Assembly (NCBI GenBank): GCA_021613535.1
Contig: CP075495.1
Span: 744,001 to 808,000 of the forward strand
Reading direction: 5' to 3'
DNA length: 64,000 nt
From: Adineta vaga
Lineage: Eukaryota; Animalia; Rotifera
The notes beneath the pieces are model-generated. The model made no database searches, had not been told where the DNA came from, and saw only the letters and a list, made by a program, of their open reading frames with translations. Shown here in pieces: positions 37,070-49,924 of the stretch. A program made the translations under genes and the position numbers. Position 1 is the first letter of the stretch. Every line of letters begins with the position of its first letter.

Positions 37070-39169
37070 TTATAGATGTCGCTTGTTGATGAAAAAATAA
37101 AAAATGAATGTAATAAAGAGTAATGTAATTGTTTTAGTGATTGAAGTTGCTGAACTACAAAGAATATTTGCACAATCATCGAATTTAACTTCGAATTTAT
37201 TATCTTCTTCGACACCTTTGATACCTAAATAAACAAATTCAACATCTTCAGCTGGTTTATCGATGATTAATGACATTTCATCATCGTTATCTTTTAAAAT
37301 CATTTTTGGTGATGAAGATGATGTTGGTCGTGGTGAAGAAGAAGAAGAAGAAGTTGTTGTTGTTGTTGAAATTGTTTGATAATTACCAAAATCAATTGGA
37401 TCTTTAGGATTTTTACTTGTAAATGAAAAGAATAATTTAACTTTTCCATTGAATAATTTAACAATAATTTTAATTTTATTTCCAACAATAATAATTTTTA
37501 TTTTTAAAAATTTATATTTATCTTTTCCACATTCACCTGTTACAGTTGTATTTTCTGCTACAGGTGTCGGTTCTGAACATGTTTTTGCTGTAAATTGATT
37601 TAATTTTTGTTCAAGTGCAGCATAATTTGTCATCGGAAAATAATTTTCATTCGTTGGTTCACTACAAATTGCATTTAATTCAATTAAATCAAGTTTATTT
37701 CCAACACCTACACTAACCATATTAATACCTTTATCTTTTAAAACTTGTGCAGCAGCAATTGTTGCTTGTCGATCAGCACTTGCTCCATCAGTAATAACAA
37801 AAATGACGGGTGTTGCACCATCTTCTGGTAAACGAAGTCCATTTTTATATGAAAAAACTTTCTCGGCTTCTTTCAATGCACCAGCTGTATCAGTTCCACT
37901 TCCAAAATACGTTGCTTTATCAATCTTTTTTAATTTATCTTTCAATTCATAATCTTGATTTAATTTTGTTAAAGTTTCAATTTTACCCGAATAATTTATA
38001 ATTCCAACATGAGTTTTATTTCGTCCAATATTTGCTCGTTGAAGTAAATCTTTCGTGAATTTTAATTGTAAATTATAATTTGCTGAACCAACACTACTAC
38101 TAGCATCTAAAACAAAACCTAAATCCATTTTAAGTTCTTGACTACATGTATCTAAACAGCATCGAATATGTGCAGGACTATTTGGACATTGTGAACCAAT
38201 TCCACCACTACAACCACAATATTCACCAGCATCTTCTAAACCTTGTATACAATCAGGTGAACATGTACCAATATGCGTAGCATTGTATTGACATGTATCT
38301 CCTTGGCCAGGATAAAGATCACCACCACATCGTAAATGACGAAGAAATTTTGAATATTGTTTTGTTGCATCCGCAAGATTGTCAATATCACCAGTGAGTC
38401 GATACCTTTTTCGAAAGGAAAATAAAGAGATGAAAAATGGAATAGTTTAAACTTACCAAAGCATTGAAAAACCATAGAATGTACCATCGGCATGTTGAGT
38501 CAATGGTGGACCTAAAGAACGAATGATATAAATGATTCTATTCGAAAATGATCATTTACCATTGAGTAAATCAGGTTTTTTCCATAAGGCAATGGCAATT
38601 TCAATTGCATTATCAACAAATGCTGCTAATTGTGGATTTGTCATTGTTTGATATTTTGTCATTGTTGTTTGTACACGTTGATACATTGTTCGACCTCGAA
38701 GACCAAAGAAACCTCGACGACGAAATAATGATCCATCACCATTTTGTGTATTACCATATTTATTATCATCACTTGTAAATTGAGATGCATGACCAATTGC
38801 TTCATCTTTTTGAAAATTTTCAGTCATTGTAGCTGCAATTGCTAAGAAAGCAGCTTTTGCTTGACAATTTGTACAAATACCTGCTGAATTTATTCCATAA
38901 TTTAATATTTTATGAAGAAATCCTGCGCGTGATGTTTTATACAACGGAATAAAATCATTTTCAGTTAAACATGTACTTGCCGTTGTTGTTATTGTTGGTT
39001 TTACACAACAACCCCCACCTTCACATCCTTCAACAGCCAATAATGAACCTTTACATTCATTTGATATTGAACATTCTCCTGCAATCGATTCATTATAATT
39101 TCCTGTACATCGTTGACTATTAATAGTCGAGAAAAAAACAAATCCAACAATGAAAAGAAAACTCTTCAT
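37070..39169 (-). CDS. Surface protein: signal peptide, Cys-rich region, GH19-like domain, Cys-rich linker, vWA, S/T-rich region, hydrophobic tail; exons 39169-38560, 38511-38457, 38405-37070
   Basis: Two GT-AG introns join ORFs 38552..39199 and 37070..38128 in frame. GH19-like motifs AAFLA, YGNTQNGDGSLFRRRGFFGLRGRTMY. vWA MIDAS motifs DASSS, GTDT, ITDG. Confidence 0.8.
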
Positions 39170-39612
39170 TTTCGAAATATACTCAACGAAATCTTTCAAG
39201 TCTTTTTATATACAAAAGAATTTTTATCATTATGACATAGAGGTTAATTCAATATTTATCGAGCCTACTTTCACAACACCCACAACATTACTCGCCTACA
39301 ATCACTATGGATGAGAGAAATTCGTCTATTTTTATCCTTTTTATTACAATCTTAAAAGAATAAAGTCACAGATATTGACACTCCACCAATATCTATACTT
39401 CATTCTAACGAGAAGATCGATAAGTAAATACGTATAATCTATTTTAAAAAATTTTGAAAATACTTTTATCAATTTATTTCTTGTGACGTAAAACGACATG
39501 TCTATTCTGGTAAGAATAGATACAACCTATGACCAGGTATTCAACATTTTCTTATCTAAAAATATTGTTGTTTTTCTCTTTTTCATTATAATAATAAAAA
39601 CAAAAGATGTTT

Positions 39613-41289
39613 TTAATGAATCCATAAACGAATATTTGATATTTGATTAATATCTCGTTGAATAAAATATGTTGATGGTAAATGTCTTCGTAACCAATAA
39701 AGAAATTCATCATCTAATTTATCATCTTTACATTGACAAATTAATGATTGAAGATTTAACATATTTTTAAGTAAATACAAAAGATTCATTCGATTTTCGA
39801 CAGATATCAAAAGATATTTACATTGATGTCCAAGAGATGATTGACTTAATATTTTACATTGAAGTTTATTAAAAGATTTTTTATAAAGATTTTTCGTTAG
39901 AAAATCTAATCGATGGATTGATTGACTTGTTAGTTTTGAGATAATTTCAATATCAGAACATTTTCCAAAACATACGGATTGAAGACGAGGTGATCGATTG
40001 AATAAATTTTGTAAAACTAAATAGTTTGAATGTTCAACAAATGTTATTTCTAATGAAATTAATCGATTAAATGAAGACATCGATGACCAAAATTGATTTC
40101 CTAATGGAAGATCTAATTTTAAATGAACTAAATTTCGAAAATTTGGAATTTTAGAATTCATATTCATTATTGTAAGATTATGTACATAATCATAAGATAA
40201 TTTCTGAGAACTAGTTGATTTTGACCAATATTTATTTGTAAGAAGATAATGATCAAATGTATATGGTAAAGTATATAATATCGCTAAATTAGTAATACCA
40301 AACTGAAACCAATCACATTGAACAAACCATTGTTTATCTTGTATCCAAAATCGTGTTTGAAATGATTGAATTAATTCATTTAATTGTTCTTCAATATGTT
40401 TCGGATGAGAATATTTCATTTTCATTTTCAATTGAAATTTTTCTAATTTAGGTAAATTATTTTCAATAATTTTCTTCCAATCATTTCCTGTTAAATACAA
40501 ACGATAAGTTTGAATAGTTAATCGTTTTAAACATGAAAAATTCTTAAAAAGATTAAACATTGAATCAAATGATTTTCGAAAGGAAATTTTCAATGAAATT
40601 AATGATGAGTGATTTAAATGAAATTGATCAGATTGTAATCGTTGAATTATACTAAGATTTAATTGTCGAAGAAATGGTGTAGATCGAAATAAATTTGTTA
40701 AATCATCAAGATCAAATTGAAAATTTTCTAAAGAAAGATTTTCTAAATTTGAACAAATAAGTTTTTGATGAATTAATTTCAATTCATATGGAAATTGATG
40801 ATCAATTTTACAAGAAATTAATTTTGATAAATTCCATATATTTTCAATTAAAATATAAAATTGATTTTGATCTTTCAAATTACATTTAAATAAAGATAAT
40901 TGTTGTAAATTGGATAAATAACGACATTCAAAAAGGATTTTATTCAATGTTAATAAACAATCAATTGAATTAAGTGATAAAATTTGTAAAGAAATAAATT
41001 TATTGAATTTAAAATGATAAGAATGAAATAGATTTGGTGTTTGATCATCATTTGAAAGATAAAATGATTTTATTCGATGAATAAATAAAGGAAAATATTC
41101 TTCACATAGTTTATGAAAGGTTTGTTTTGATACTGAACGAAAATCAAAATGATAAACTCGAGAATGAATAGTTAAAAGTTGATTTAAACGAGAATTTAAT
41201 TCATAGAAAATAGAAAATAATTCAACATCATGAAAATATTGAAATAATTCAAGTAAAATTTCATTTGGTAACCATTCAAATCGTGTCAT
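39613..41289 (-). CDS. F-box / LRR-like protein
   Basis: FEWLPNEILLELFQYF…LNSRLNQLL F-box, leucine-rich repeats, FW…WFV…LYTLPY motif. Confidence 0.85.
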   Translation of the reverse strand: MTRFEWLPNEILLELFQYFHDVELFSIFYELNSRLNQLLTIHSRVYHFDFRSVSKQTFHKLCEEYFPLFIHRIKSFYLSNDDQTPNLFHSYHFKFNKFISLQILSLNSIDCLLTLNKILFECRYLSNLQQLSLFKCNLKDQNQFYILIENIWNLSKLISCKIDHQFPYELKLIHQKLICSNLENLSLENFQFDLDDLTNLFRSTPFLRQLNLSIIQRLQSDQFHLNHSSLISLKISFRKSFDSMFNLFKNFSCLKRLTIQTYRLYLTGNDWKKIIENNLPKLEKFQLKMKMKYSHPKHIEEQLNELIQSFQTRFWIQDKQWFVQCDWFQFGITNLAILYTLPYTFDHYLLTNKYWSKSTSSQKLSYDYVHNLTIMNMNSKIPNFRNLVHLKLDLPLGNQFWSSMSSFNRLISLEITFVEHSNYLVLQNLFNRSPRLQSVCFGKCSDIEIISKLTSQSIHRLDFLTKNLYKKSFNKLQCKILSQSSLGHQCKYLLISVENRMNLLYLLKNMLNLQSLICQCKDDKLDDEFLYWLRRHLPSTYFIQRDINQISNIRLWIH

Positions 41290-41621
41290 AAGTTCTCGTT
41301 TGAATTCCAAATCAAATAATTCTTTTTACTTCACAAGTAAATAAATAACGTTATTTCTCTCTCTCTCTCTCTCTTTCTTGAAAAAAAAGAAAACGCGTTC
41401 TTTTATGATTGACTAAATCGTTTCATCGAATGATTTTATTAATAAAACAACTTCGTTTTCTTTTTTAAAGTTCTATTCAAAGGTATTATTTGTTTTGTAA
41501 TATATATATATATCGTTAAAATGGGAAAAGAGAAAAAAAATAATAAAGATACTAACAAGGAAAATATATCTACGAAAGGAAAGAAAATACTGTGTCTAAT
41601 AATTGTTTTGTTTTTGATTAT

Positions 41622-42806
41622 TTATAATGTATTTTTACTGTTTAAATCATTGAATGCTTCTTCAACACGTTTTTTCATTGAATTTTCAGCTTCACGTAAC
41701 CAAACACGAGGATCATAGAATTTCTTATTTGGTTTATCTTCAGCATCGAGAAGACCTTGAAGACGACTTTCATTTTTCTTGTAAAATTTTAAAATACCTT
41801 CCCAATAAGCATATTGAGTATCAGTATCAATATTCATTTTAACAACACCATGAGAAACAGCTGTTTTGATTTCATCTTTTGTTGAACCTGAACCACCATG
41901 AAAGACAAGAAAGACGGGACGTTCATCTTTGGAATTTAATTTGTCTTTAACAAATGCTTGATGTTTACCAAGTAATTCAGGATGAAGACGAACATTACCA
42001 GGTTTATAAACACCATGAACATTACCAAATGCAGCAGCAATAGAAAAAAATGGTGAAATTTTCGATAATTCACGATAGATATCCCAAATATCTTCAGGTT
42101 GTGTATAAAGACGTGAATTGTCAACACCTGTATTATCTACACCATCTTCTTCACCACCAGTTATACCAATTTCCATTTCAAGCCAAATTTTCATTGGTGC
42201 CATACGTGTTAAATATTTCTTACACGCTTCAATATTATGTTCTTTACTTTCTTCCGAAAAATCAAGCATATGTGAACTAAATAATGGTTCACCATGTTCT
42301 TTAAAATAAGCTTCATCAGCTTCAAGCATACCAATAAACCTTAAAGAAAACAAACAAAATTTATTTATTTTGATAAAAAACAAACAAATTCATTAATTTT
42401 TACCATGGTTCTAATTTTTTCGCACAATGATCACTATGTAAAACAACAGGTACACCATAATGTTTAGCAACAGTACGAGCATGATGTGCAGCAGCAATTG
42501 AACCTAAGATACTTGCAGCTTGTCCATCATTGTTTAAACCTTTACCAGCAAAAAATTGTGCACCACCTTGAGATATTTGAATAATAACCGGCGATTTAGC
42601 ATCACGAGCAGCTTCAAGAACTGAATTAATAGCTGATGATGATGTTACATTAATAGCTGGAATAGCAAATTGATGTTCTCGAGCATAAGTAAATAGTTTC
42701 ATAACATTATCACCGGTCAATACACCTAAAAAACATCAAAAAAAATATTCACGAATAATCGTACAAATTTTCATTTACCTGCTGGAACAATATCAAATAC
42801 ACCCAT
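41622..42806 (-). CDS. fbaA: Class II fructose-bisphosphate aldolase (fungal FBA1 / bacterial FbaA type); introns 42726-42778 and 42340-42403
   Basis: FAIPAINV, VLHSDHCAKKL, LFSSHMLD, EMEIGITGGEEDG, AFGNVHGVY, VFHGGSG, KMNIDTD, YDPRVW. Confidence 0.95.
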
Positions 42807-43567
42807 GTTAAGATAATTTTCTAATTGTTAAGCTTCTAGAAATAGAAAACGCAAGTTATGTTGATTATCGAGAAAACATCCGAGAAGAAAAAAAAGAATC
42901 CACTGTGTATGTAACTAGGATCTTTATACGAGGCGAAATGTACCGAATGATAGAAAGAAACAGAAAAAAAAAGAAAATTTCTTATTTTCTAGATGGAGAA
43001 AAAGAAAAAGAAACGCGCTTTTCAGCCTAGACAATAATGAAAGAACGAAAGAAGAAAAAAACAACCTACTAACGTTTGATGGTTGGGGCAATGGATTTCT
43101 TCTTCTTTTTTTCTCTTCGTTTTCTTCTTCTTGCTATAACATCGACGTCTAATAGAACAATGACATATCATACAAAAAACAATCGATTCGATTTTGTTAC
43201 GAATAAAGATTTTCTACACGAAAAATATATCTTGTTTTCATCTATTGACGATAATTATAACAATGAAATTTTTTACAAATATTTAGACAACATGATTTGC
43301 TATAAATATAGATACATTGAATAAAACTCAAAGTTCAATTTTGACATTAATTCAAAGATTATCCGGAAATATAGTTGCGCGAGATATCAAAAAAAATAAT
43401 GTTTATTATTAGATTCTGACGTAGGATTGTCTATATATACAGGCACGAGTTATATTTATTAATATTCTTATTGAATTATTTAATCAGTGTGAATATTGTT
43501 AGGGAATATTTATAACTTAAAGTCAAAGTATCCGAAGAAAATTCTTATTCATTTAAAGAAATACACA

Positions 43568-44542
43568 ATGTCTACATCAATAATTCAAGATTTGAGTAAT
43601 CTTACAACATCCCTTAGTTTAGGACTTGGTATTGGTTTGATTATCTTAGGATTGATTGGTGGTATTTTGAATATTCTTGTTTTTTCTCGATCAAATCTAC
43701 GAAAAACTTCATGTGGAATTTATTTTCTCGTCGCATCAATATCAAGTATTGCTTTCGTATTAACAGGTCAAATACCACGACTTGCAACAATATCATCAAC
43801 ATCATTATTATTAACAACATTTTGGTATTGTCAATTACGAATTTATTTAACAAATTCATTTGGTTTATTAACACGTGGATTACTTGTACTTACTTCATTA
43901 GATCGTCTTCTTTTTTGTTCATTAAATGTTCATATACGAACTTGGTGTCAAACAAAAATTGCTATACGTATGATTATTATCTTAATTTTGATTTCATTTA
44001 TTTTACCAATTCATGTTTTAATTTATTATGAACTTCGTTTACCATCTCGTTCATGTCGTTCTGATATTGCTTGGATTGGTACATATGATTTATCATATCA
44101 ATATATATTTGTTGTTATATTACCAAGTTGTTTAATGGGTTTATTTTCATTATTATTAATTTCTCATCTTCGTAATCAACGTATTCGTCTTGCACGAAAA
44201 CTTCGTAAACGTGATAAACAATTAATTTGGATGTTATTATCTCAAATATTATTTTATACAATTATTCATGTACCATTACCAATCAATATGACATATAATC
44301 GTTTAACATTAGATTTAGAAAAATCTCGTGAACGTATTGCAATTGAAAATTTTTTTTCATTTTTAATTAATTCAGAAATTGTTTATATTTATTTTTCAAC
44401 AACATTTTTTCTTCATACAATTGTATCACCAACATTTCGACAAGAATTTATTCAAATATGGAAAATACCTATTCAAAGAATGATATTTCATCAAACAATA
44501 ACAAGAATTCGACCAATGAATCCTGGAACAACAATCAATTAA
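43568..44542 (+). CDS. Intronless rhodopsin-like GPCR (different subfamily)
   Basis: 7TM, WYCQ, SLDRL, FRQE helix 8. Confidence 0.88.
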   Translation: MSTSIIQDLSNLTTSLSLGLGIGLIILGLIGGILNILVFSRSNLRKTSCGIYFLVASISSIAFVLTGQIPRLATISSTSLLLTTFWYCQLRIYLTNSFGLLTRGLLVLTSLDRLLFCSLNVHIRTWCQTKIAIRMIIILILISFILPIHVLIYYELRLPSRSCRSDIAWIGTYDLSYQYIFVVILPSCLMGLFSLLLISHLRNQRIRLARKLRKRDKQLIWMLLSQILFYTIIHVPLPINMTYNRLTLDLEKSRERIAIENFFSFLINSEIVYIYFSTTFFLHTIVSPTFRQEFIQIWKIPIQRMIFHQTITRIRPMNPGTTIN

Positions 44543-44819
44543 GAATTTCAATGGATTATTTCTTTCGATTGTATCAATAATATTTTGTACTGTGACTTTC
44601 TAATCTTTCTTTTCATTATTCTAATTAAGTTCGTTTTCTTTTAATAAAAGTTTGACATAGAGGATTAAACTAACTAACCTTTGATCCACAAAAAAAATGT
44701 CCTGAATCTTCAAATAGATTACTATAACGTTCTTTTCAAGAAGTTTTAATTCTGTTCTTTGAGTGATACATATGTCGCAATGAACAAACGGACGAACTTT
44801 ACTGGTATGGCATAAAACC

Positions 44820-46200
44820 CTTTTTGTGTACTCAAAAAGTGAGTACACTACTAGAAACGGTCAGTGTGTCCGGCTCTCCGTATACACGATAACTCTTCAC
44901 AACTACATTCGATTGAGCTGAAACTTTGTGCACATAATTGTCTCATCAATATCTCGGTCGAGTTCGAAGATGAGAATGATCTCTCCAGAAATGGCTGAGC
45001 TATCGGAAAAATTGTCATTTTTGACCAGACCATCCCTGAGGAGGGATACAGGGTGTTTTTGAAAAACATTTTCTCTCAAAATTATCTAAAACATGTATGA
45101 ATCGACACAGTTTTTAACGCTGATTCCGAATCTGATATTGATTTTGAGTCAAATCGTAGTTTAATAATGAAAAAATGCTTAAAAAAGGTCTCAAAATGCG
45201 CAAAACTGTATTTTAACACCGAATTGCCTAAATACGTTTATATGATCTGTAGTTTGGGAGTTTCTCAAATGCTTGGTTTTGTAGCTATTCTGAACGACTA
45301 TCAAAAGAGAACAACCTGATCTCCAAAACCTATTGATATTGATGATCTATTATGAAAATGCTGATATGTGTATCTGTCATAGATCTTTTATAGATTCATG
45401 AGGTTGCATATGATAGTTATTCCGATAGATTCCAATAAAAAAATTCATTCATAACTCAACATGAAAAATCTTGCTCATCAAAAAATCTCTCGTGGTAATT
45501 TTGATGCGTAGACATTCTAGATTGATCCATCTCTCCCATACACTTTTTGCAGTACACATAACTCTCGGATAAAATCCGAAGTTTCCGCATTTATTCTTTT
45601 ATTAATTCTTTATGAAAAGAAAAAATATATAAAAGTTCCGTAAGAGTCAAATTTTGATGGACAATCAGCCCTTTGCTCCATCACTTCAGATTGAGACGCA
45701 AATATGCTCATCGATAGTTATTCGATTAATTTATATTAGAAAATATTTTATGGAAATAGGTGATGTTATTACTACAGAAGCTATATTCCTCTTTTTTCGA
45801 CTTTTTTTAGAACTCGAAAACGAACGGTAAGATCAATCGAGTTGAAATTTTTACTACACATGAAGGACTCGAAATGAGAAGACACGTGTTCGAAGAAAAT
45901 AAATTTTCAGATATCTTGTTGGTTTTTGTGGAAAACTTTAGATTTCCATGGGGGAGGGGGGGCTCACTGTGCCACCCAAACCATCATCGAATTTTGCCCG
46001 GTCGACCTGAACATTTTTTTTTGACGTAGCCACATCTATAACTCCAAGGTAATTTTGAGCTTTTTTAAACATCTCACTTACTTTTTATTGGTAACAAAAA
46101 AGACGTAAAAGATCTCTAGAGACCCTTTCTTCAACGATTTTTTGACCAACTTTTCATGGAAAATCTCCTTGCTGACCGATATACCAACAGTTGGTCTATC
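44820..46200 (+). mobile_element. Repeat-derived non-coding block with a Helentron/DINE-like 5' end; right boundary uncertain
   Basis: Starts with a T-run plus hairpin gtgtactc-aaaaagt-gagtacac, then gtgtgtccg…gctgaaacttt core-like text. GC is higher than in the flanks. Confidence 0.45.
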
Positions 46201-46843
46201 TACGGCACGTAAAAACAAAGAAATTTCATAAAAAAAACCGGACTACGACAGAGACAGATGTGTACAATGAACAAATCTCTATAAGTAAGATACATAAACA
46301 TAATGTCGCTTCAAACTGAACTTGTCAACGTAAATAGCTTTGAAAAAATCCTTTGACTTCACTCATTGAATTCAAAAATATGAATTTAACTAAACTCAAT
46401 TTGTTGTTTTTTTCTCCATTAATTATGAAAAAGAAAAAACAAATCGTTTTCGTCATTAATAAATGTCTTCCTAGTTTATATGTCATATATTTCTTAAAGT
46501 ATCCATTAAAAAAAAGAATCACAAGTCGATGAGTGACGAAATTTGGTCTATGCACAATATTATATCATCATTAAAAACCACGTGAGACTCTTATTAAACG
46601 TAAAAAAAAGAGTAAACAATTTCAAAAAGAAAAGAATAAGAATATTCATGTTGTTGTAGACACTGCAAAGTTTTTTCTACGTTCTTTTACATCATTTCTT
46701 TACCTGAATAAAAAAAACACAAATATATTCGTCGTCACTTTTTTTCTATTCTCTTCTTCCTTGATAAATCAACAAGAATATAAGTAAGCAAGACATTAAC
46801 GTACATTTTCTTCTTTTTTTTTATCATTAATTTAAAAACAAAA

Positions 46844-49197
46844 ATGGGAATTAAAGCTTCAAATTTTAAATCTGATCGTTTCAAAAGAAATGATTCAACA
46901 TCATCGACAACTTCATCATCATCAAATTCATCTTCGATATTAGATGAAAATTTTAATACGTTTGAAACATTTACATTAGTTTGGTTAGATCCAAATGTTG
47001 ATAATGATCATAATCAAAGAATACAAAATTCTTTACGTGAACATTTAACATTTCTTATTACTTTTACTGATCTCAAAATCTGTGAACAATGGTTAAAAGA
47101 ACGTTCAAAAGATACGAAAATTTTTCTTATTGTTTCTGGTCAATTTGGTCGACCTATTGTTAAAAATATTCATGAACTTCCATCAATTCTTGCCATTTAT
47201 GTTTTCTGTTATGAACCAGCAAATCATATCGAATGGGCAAAAAATTTTCCTAAAATTCACGGTGTTCTATCAAAAAAAGAGCCACTTATTCAAGCTTTAT
47301 CTCATGATCAAATCTTATATGATAGTATTGAAGATTTTAAAGCAACACAAATTCTAAAAAATCGTTCTCAAGAAAATGTTTGGTATCAACTTTTTCTAGA
47401 AATTCTTCTTTCAACCGATTATTTCAAAGCACCAACATTTCCTTTAGGAATACTTCAAATACTCCGACAACTCTGTAAATATGATGCAGAAGGTTTAAGA
47501 TTACTTAAAGAATTTGAAGAAACATATTCCGAACAACGACTTATGAAATTATTTGTTAATAATACACCATTAAGACGTTTTATAAACAAAGCTTTACGTG
47601 AACAAGATATTTCATTACTTTTTAATCTTCGTTTATTTATTATGAATTTATATGATCAAATTATCAATGGACAAGCACGTACAGCATTAGCTTATCGAAA
47701 ACAATTAATGACAGAGAACGAAATTGATAATATTCGAATTAATTTAAATCAATATTTAGTTTTTAATGGATTTTTAATTGCATCATCAGATCGACCAGAT
47801 ATTTCAGAAATTCCTGATAATAAAACAAGAATTCAAACAGTTTTAGTAGAAATTCAAGCACAAAATTTTCCTGGTAATGCACCATTTGTTTGTTTAGATG
47901 ATTTAGATGGATTTAAAAACAATCCTAATGTTTTATTTACATGTGGTGCCATATTTAAAATCATATTATTAAAGAAAATTCAAGATTCAATATGGACTCT
48001 TGGTTTAGAATTGGTTGGTAAACAAGAATTAAGAATTTTAAATGAAAAAGAAGAAAAATTACGAAAAACTCAAGATTTTCTTATGATTAATACTTTATTA
48101 GAACAATCTGATCAATCTCATCAAGCAAAAATCTTTTGTGAAAATATTCTACAACTTATTCCAACAACTCACAAATTCTTTTCTCAAATCAAAGAAAAAG
48201 TTAATAGTATCGCCACCATTCAAACTCCACAATCTTCATCAGGTAAATAAATGATGATAACATTCTTCTTATCTTTTCTTTTATAGTTTCTTTACGAAAT
48301 ACACAATTTATTCTTTTGGGTTTATCAAAACGTATGAGTCAACTTGCTCAAGCTATGTTCAAAGCATTACATTCATTAACTAATGAAACAATTTTAATCT
48401 ATGAAAATCCATCTGAAATATCTTTTTCAACAATTGGAAACAAAACTCTAATGATCTTTACTGATAATCGAGTTAATTCTTCGATGTTAACAAAACCAAA
48501 TATAACAATGAAATTGTTTATATTAGAAACAAATGATTCAAAAGTAAATAATGAAGATCGTTTTGGTTCAGATGAAGATTTAATGTTTCAATTGAGTGAT
48601 GAACTTTATCGTTGTTATCAATGGGAAGCAAATGAAGATTGGCGAGATGATCAAGAAATAATTTCTAAACAAAAAGAAGAAATTGCAAAAAATATTCATG
48701 AACAATTGACGAAAGTTTACGAAAACTTTCCCGAAACAAATCTTAATGATCAATTACCACTTTCAACAATTACACGAATTGTTTATTTAAAACGACAACA
48801 AAATGATAATAATAATCGTTTTGATAAATTAAAAAATCTTTGTAAAGATCTCGTTACATCATGTACATCTTTTGATGATCCAGAAGAATGTTGGTTCGAT
48901 ATGCTCGCTCATGAAGAAGATAAAACTATCTTTCTTCTTATTAATAAAGATTATTCTGATAATGATATTGTTAGTTTATTGGCTAATTCAAGTCTAGCAA
49001 AAGTCTATCGTTATAGTCCTATTCAAACAACGACTTCAGGCAAATCGCGTGATAAAACTTCATTTGATTTAATATATGATCTTCTTGAACATTATAGTAA
49101 ACTAGGTAGCGCTTTTCAATCTCGAAAGGATCCGAAAACTGCGAAAGAAATGTTTACTAAAGCTCAACGTTTGTGTAAATGTCTCGCTGAACTTTAA
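46844..49197 (+). CDS. ~769-aa protein: myristoylation-type N-terminus, receiver-like module, degenerate ADP-ribosyltransferase domain, two further modules; intron 48243-48286
   Basis: MGIKAS; LVWLD…IFLIVSG…IYVFC; INKALR…AYRKQ…GFLIAS…NVLF. A 44-nt GT-AG intron joins the two ORFs in frame. Confidence 0.75.
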
Positions 49198-49270
49198 ACG
49201 AAAAATTTTTAAAATAAAAAAAATAAAATAAAATTTTTTTCTATTCAATTTCGTTTTTTTTCTCTTCTAG

Positions 49271-49828
49271 ATGACAACACTATCTGATATACCCTATGCT
49301 TCAAATACATATTCTCAAGTTAATCCATGGGTTCTTATACTTCATCAATTAGATGAAGCTTCAAAGCCATTTCCTCTTTCTAACGCTAGATTTATTAAAT
49401 TTTTACAATATATTGATAGTATAACAACTTGTCAAGATCATATCAAGAAAAATTCCACACATGAATTTACATTATTTGGATTTGAAGAGAATATACGTAC
49501 GTGGTTTTATAATAATAATCCAATACCACGAAATCTCGAAGATATAACAGTCTTTGGAGGAAATGGTGGAAGAATGTTCAAAGCATGGGCAAGACGATAT
49601 ACAAAGAATATACGAGAAGTTTTTACATCTGAAGAATTCGAACAAAATTTACTTATGTTTGGATTGAAACATGTTCGAGATGCAATGAATGATTTCGAAG
49701 GAAATTTCGGTGTATTAAATCTATTGGAACAAGATTTTGGAGAAATTCATAGTGCATTGAGTCAATGTTTGGAGAAGGCAAAACGATCATGTGATAATAC
49801 AGTACAAACAGGTGTTGAAGAAACTTAA
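49271..49828 (+). CDS. Stand-alone receiver-like module plus helical hairpin, 185 aa
   Basis: ATG directly follows a polypyrimidine-AG. Paralogous to 49925-50476 (EQNLLMFGLK…GVLNLLEQDF). Confidence 0.7.
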   Translation: MTTLSDIPYASNTYSQVNPWVLILHQLDEASKPFPLSNARFIKFLQYIDSITTCQDHIKKNSTHEFTLFGFEENIRTWFYNNNPIPRNLEDITVFGGNGGRMFKAWARRYTKNIREVFTSEEFEQNLLMFGLKHVRDAMNDFEGNFGVLNLLEQDFGEIHSALSQCLEKAKRSCDNTVQTGVEET

Positions 49829-49924
49829 ATAGAACTATTAATTAATTATTTTGAAAGTTTCTGAAGAGAATTATAATGATTAGATGAATAAACAAACAAA
49901 ATTCTTTCTTTCTTTCTCTTGTAG

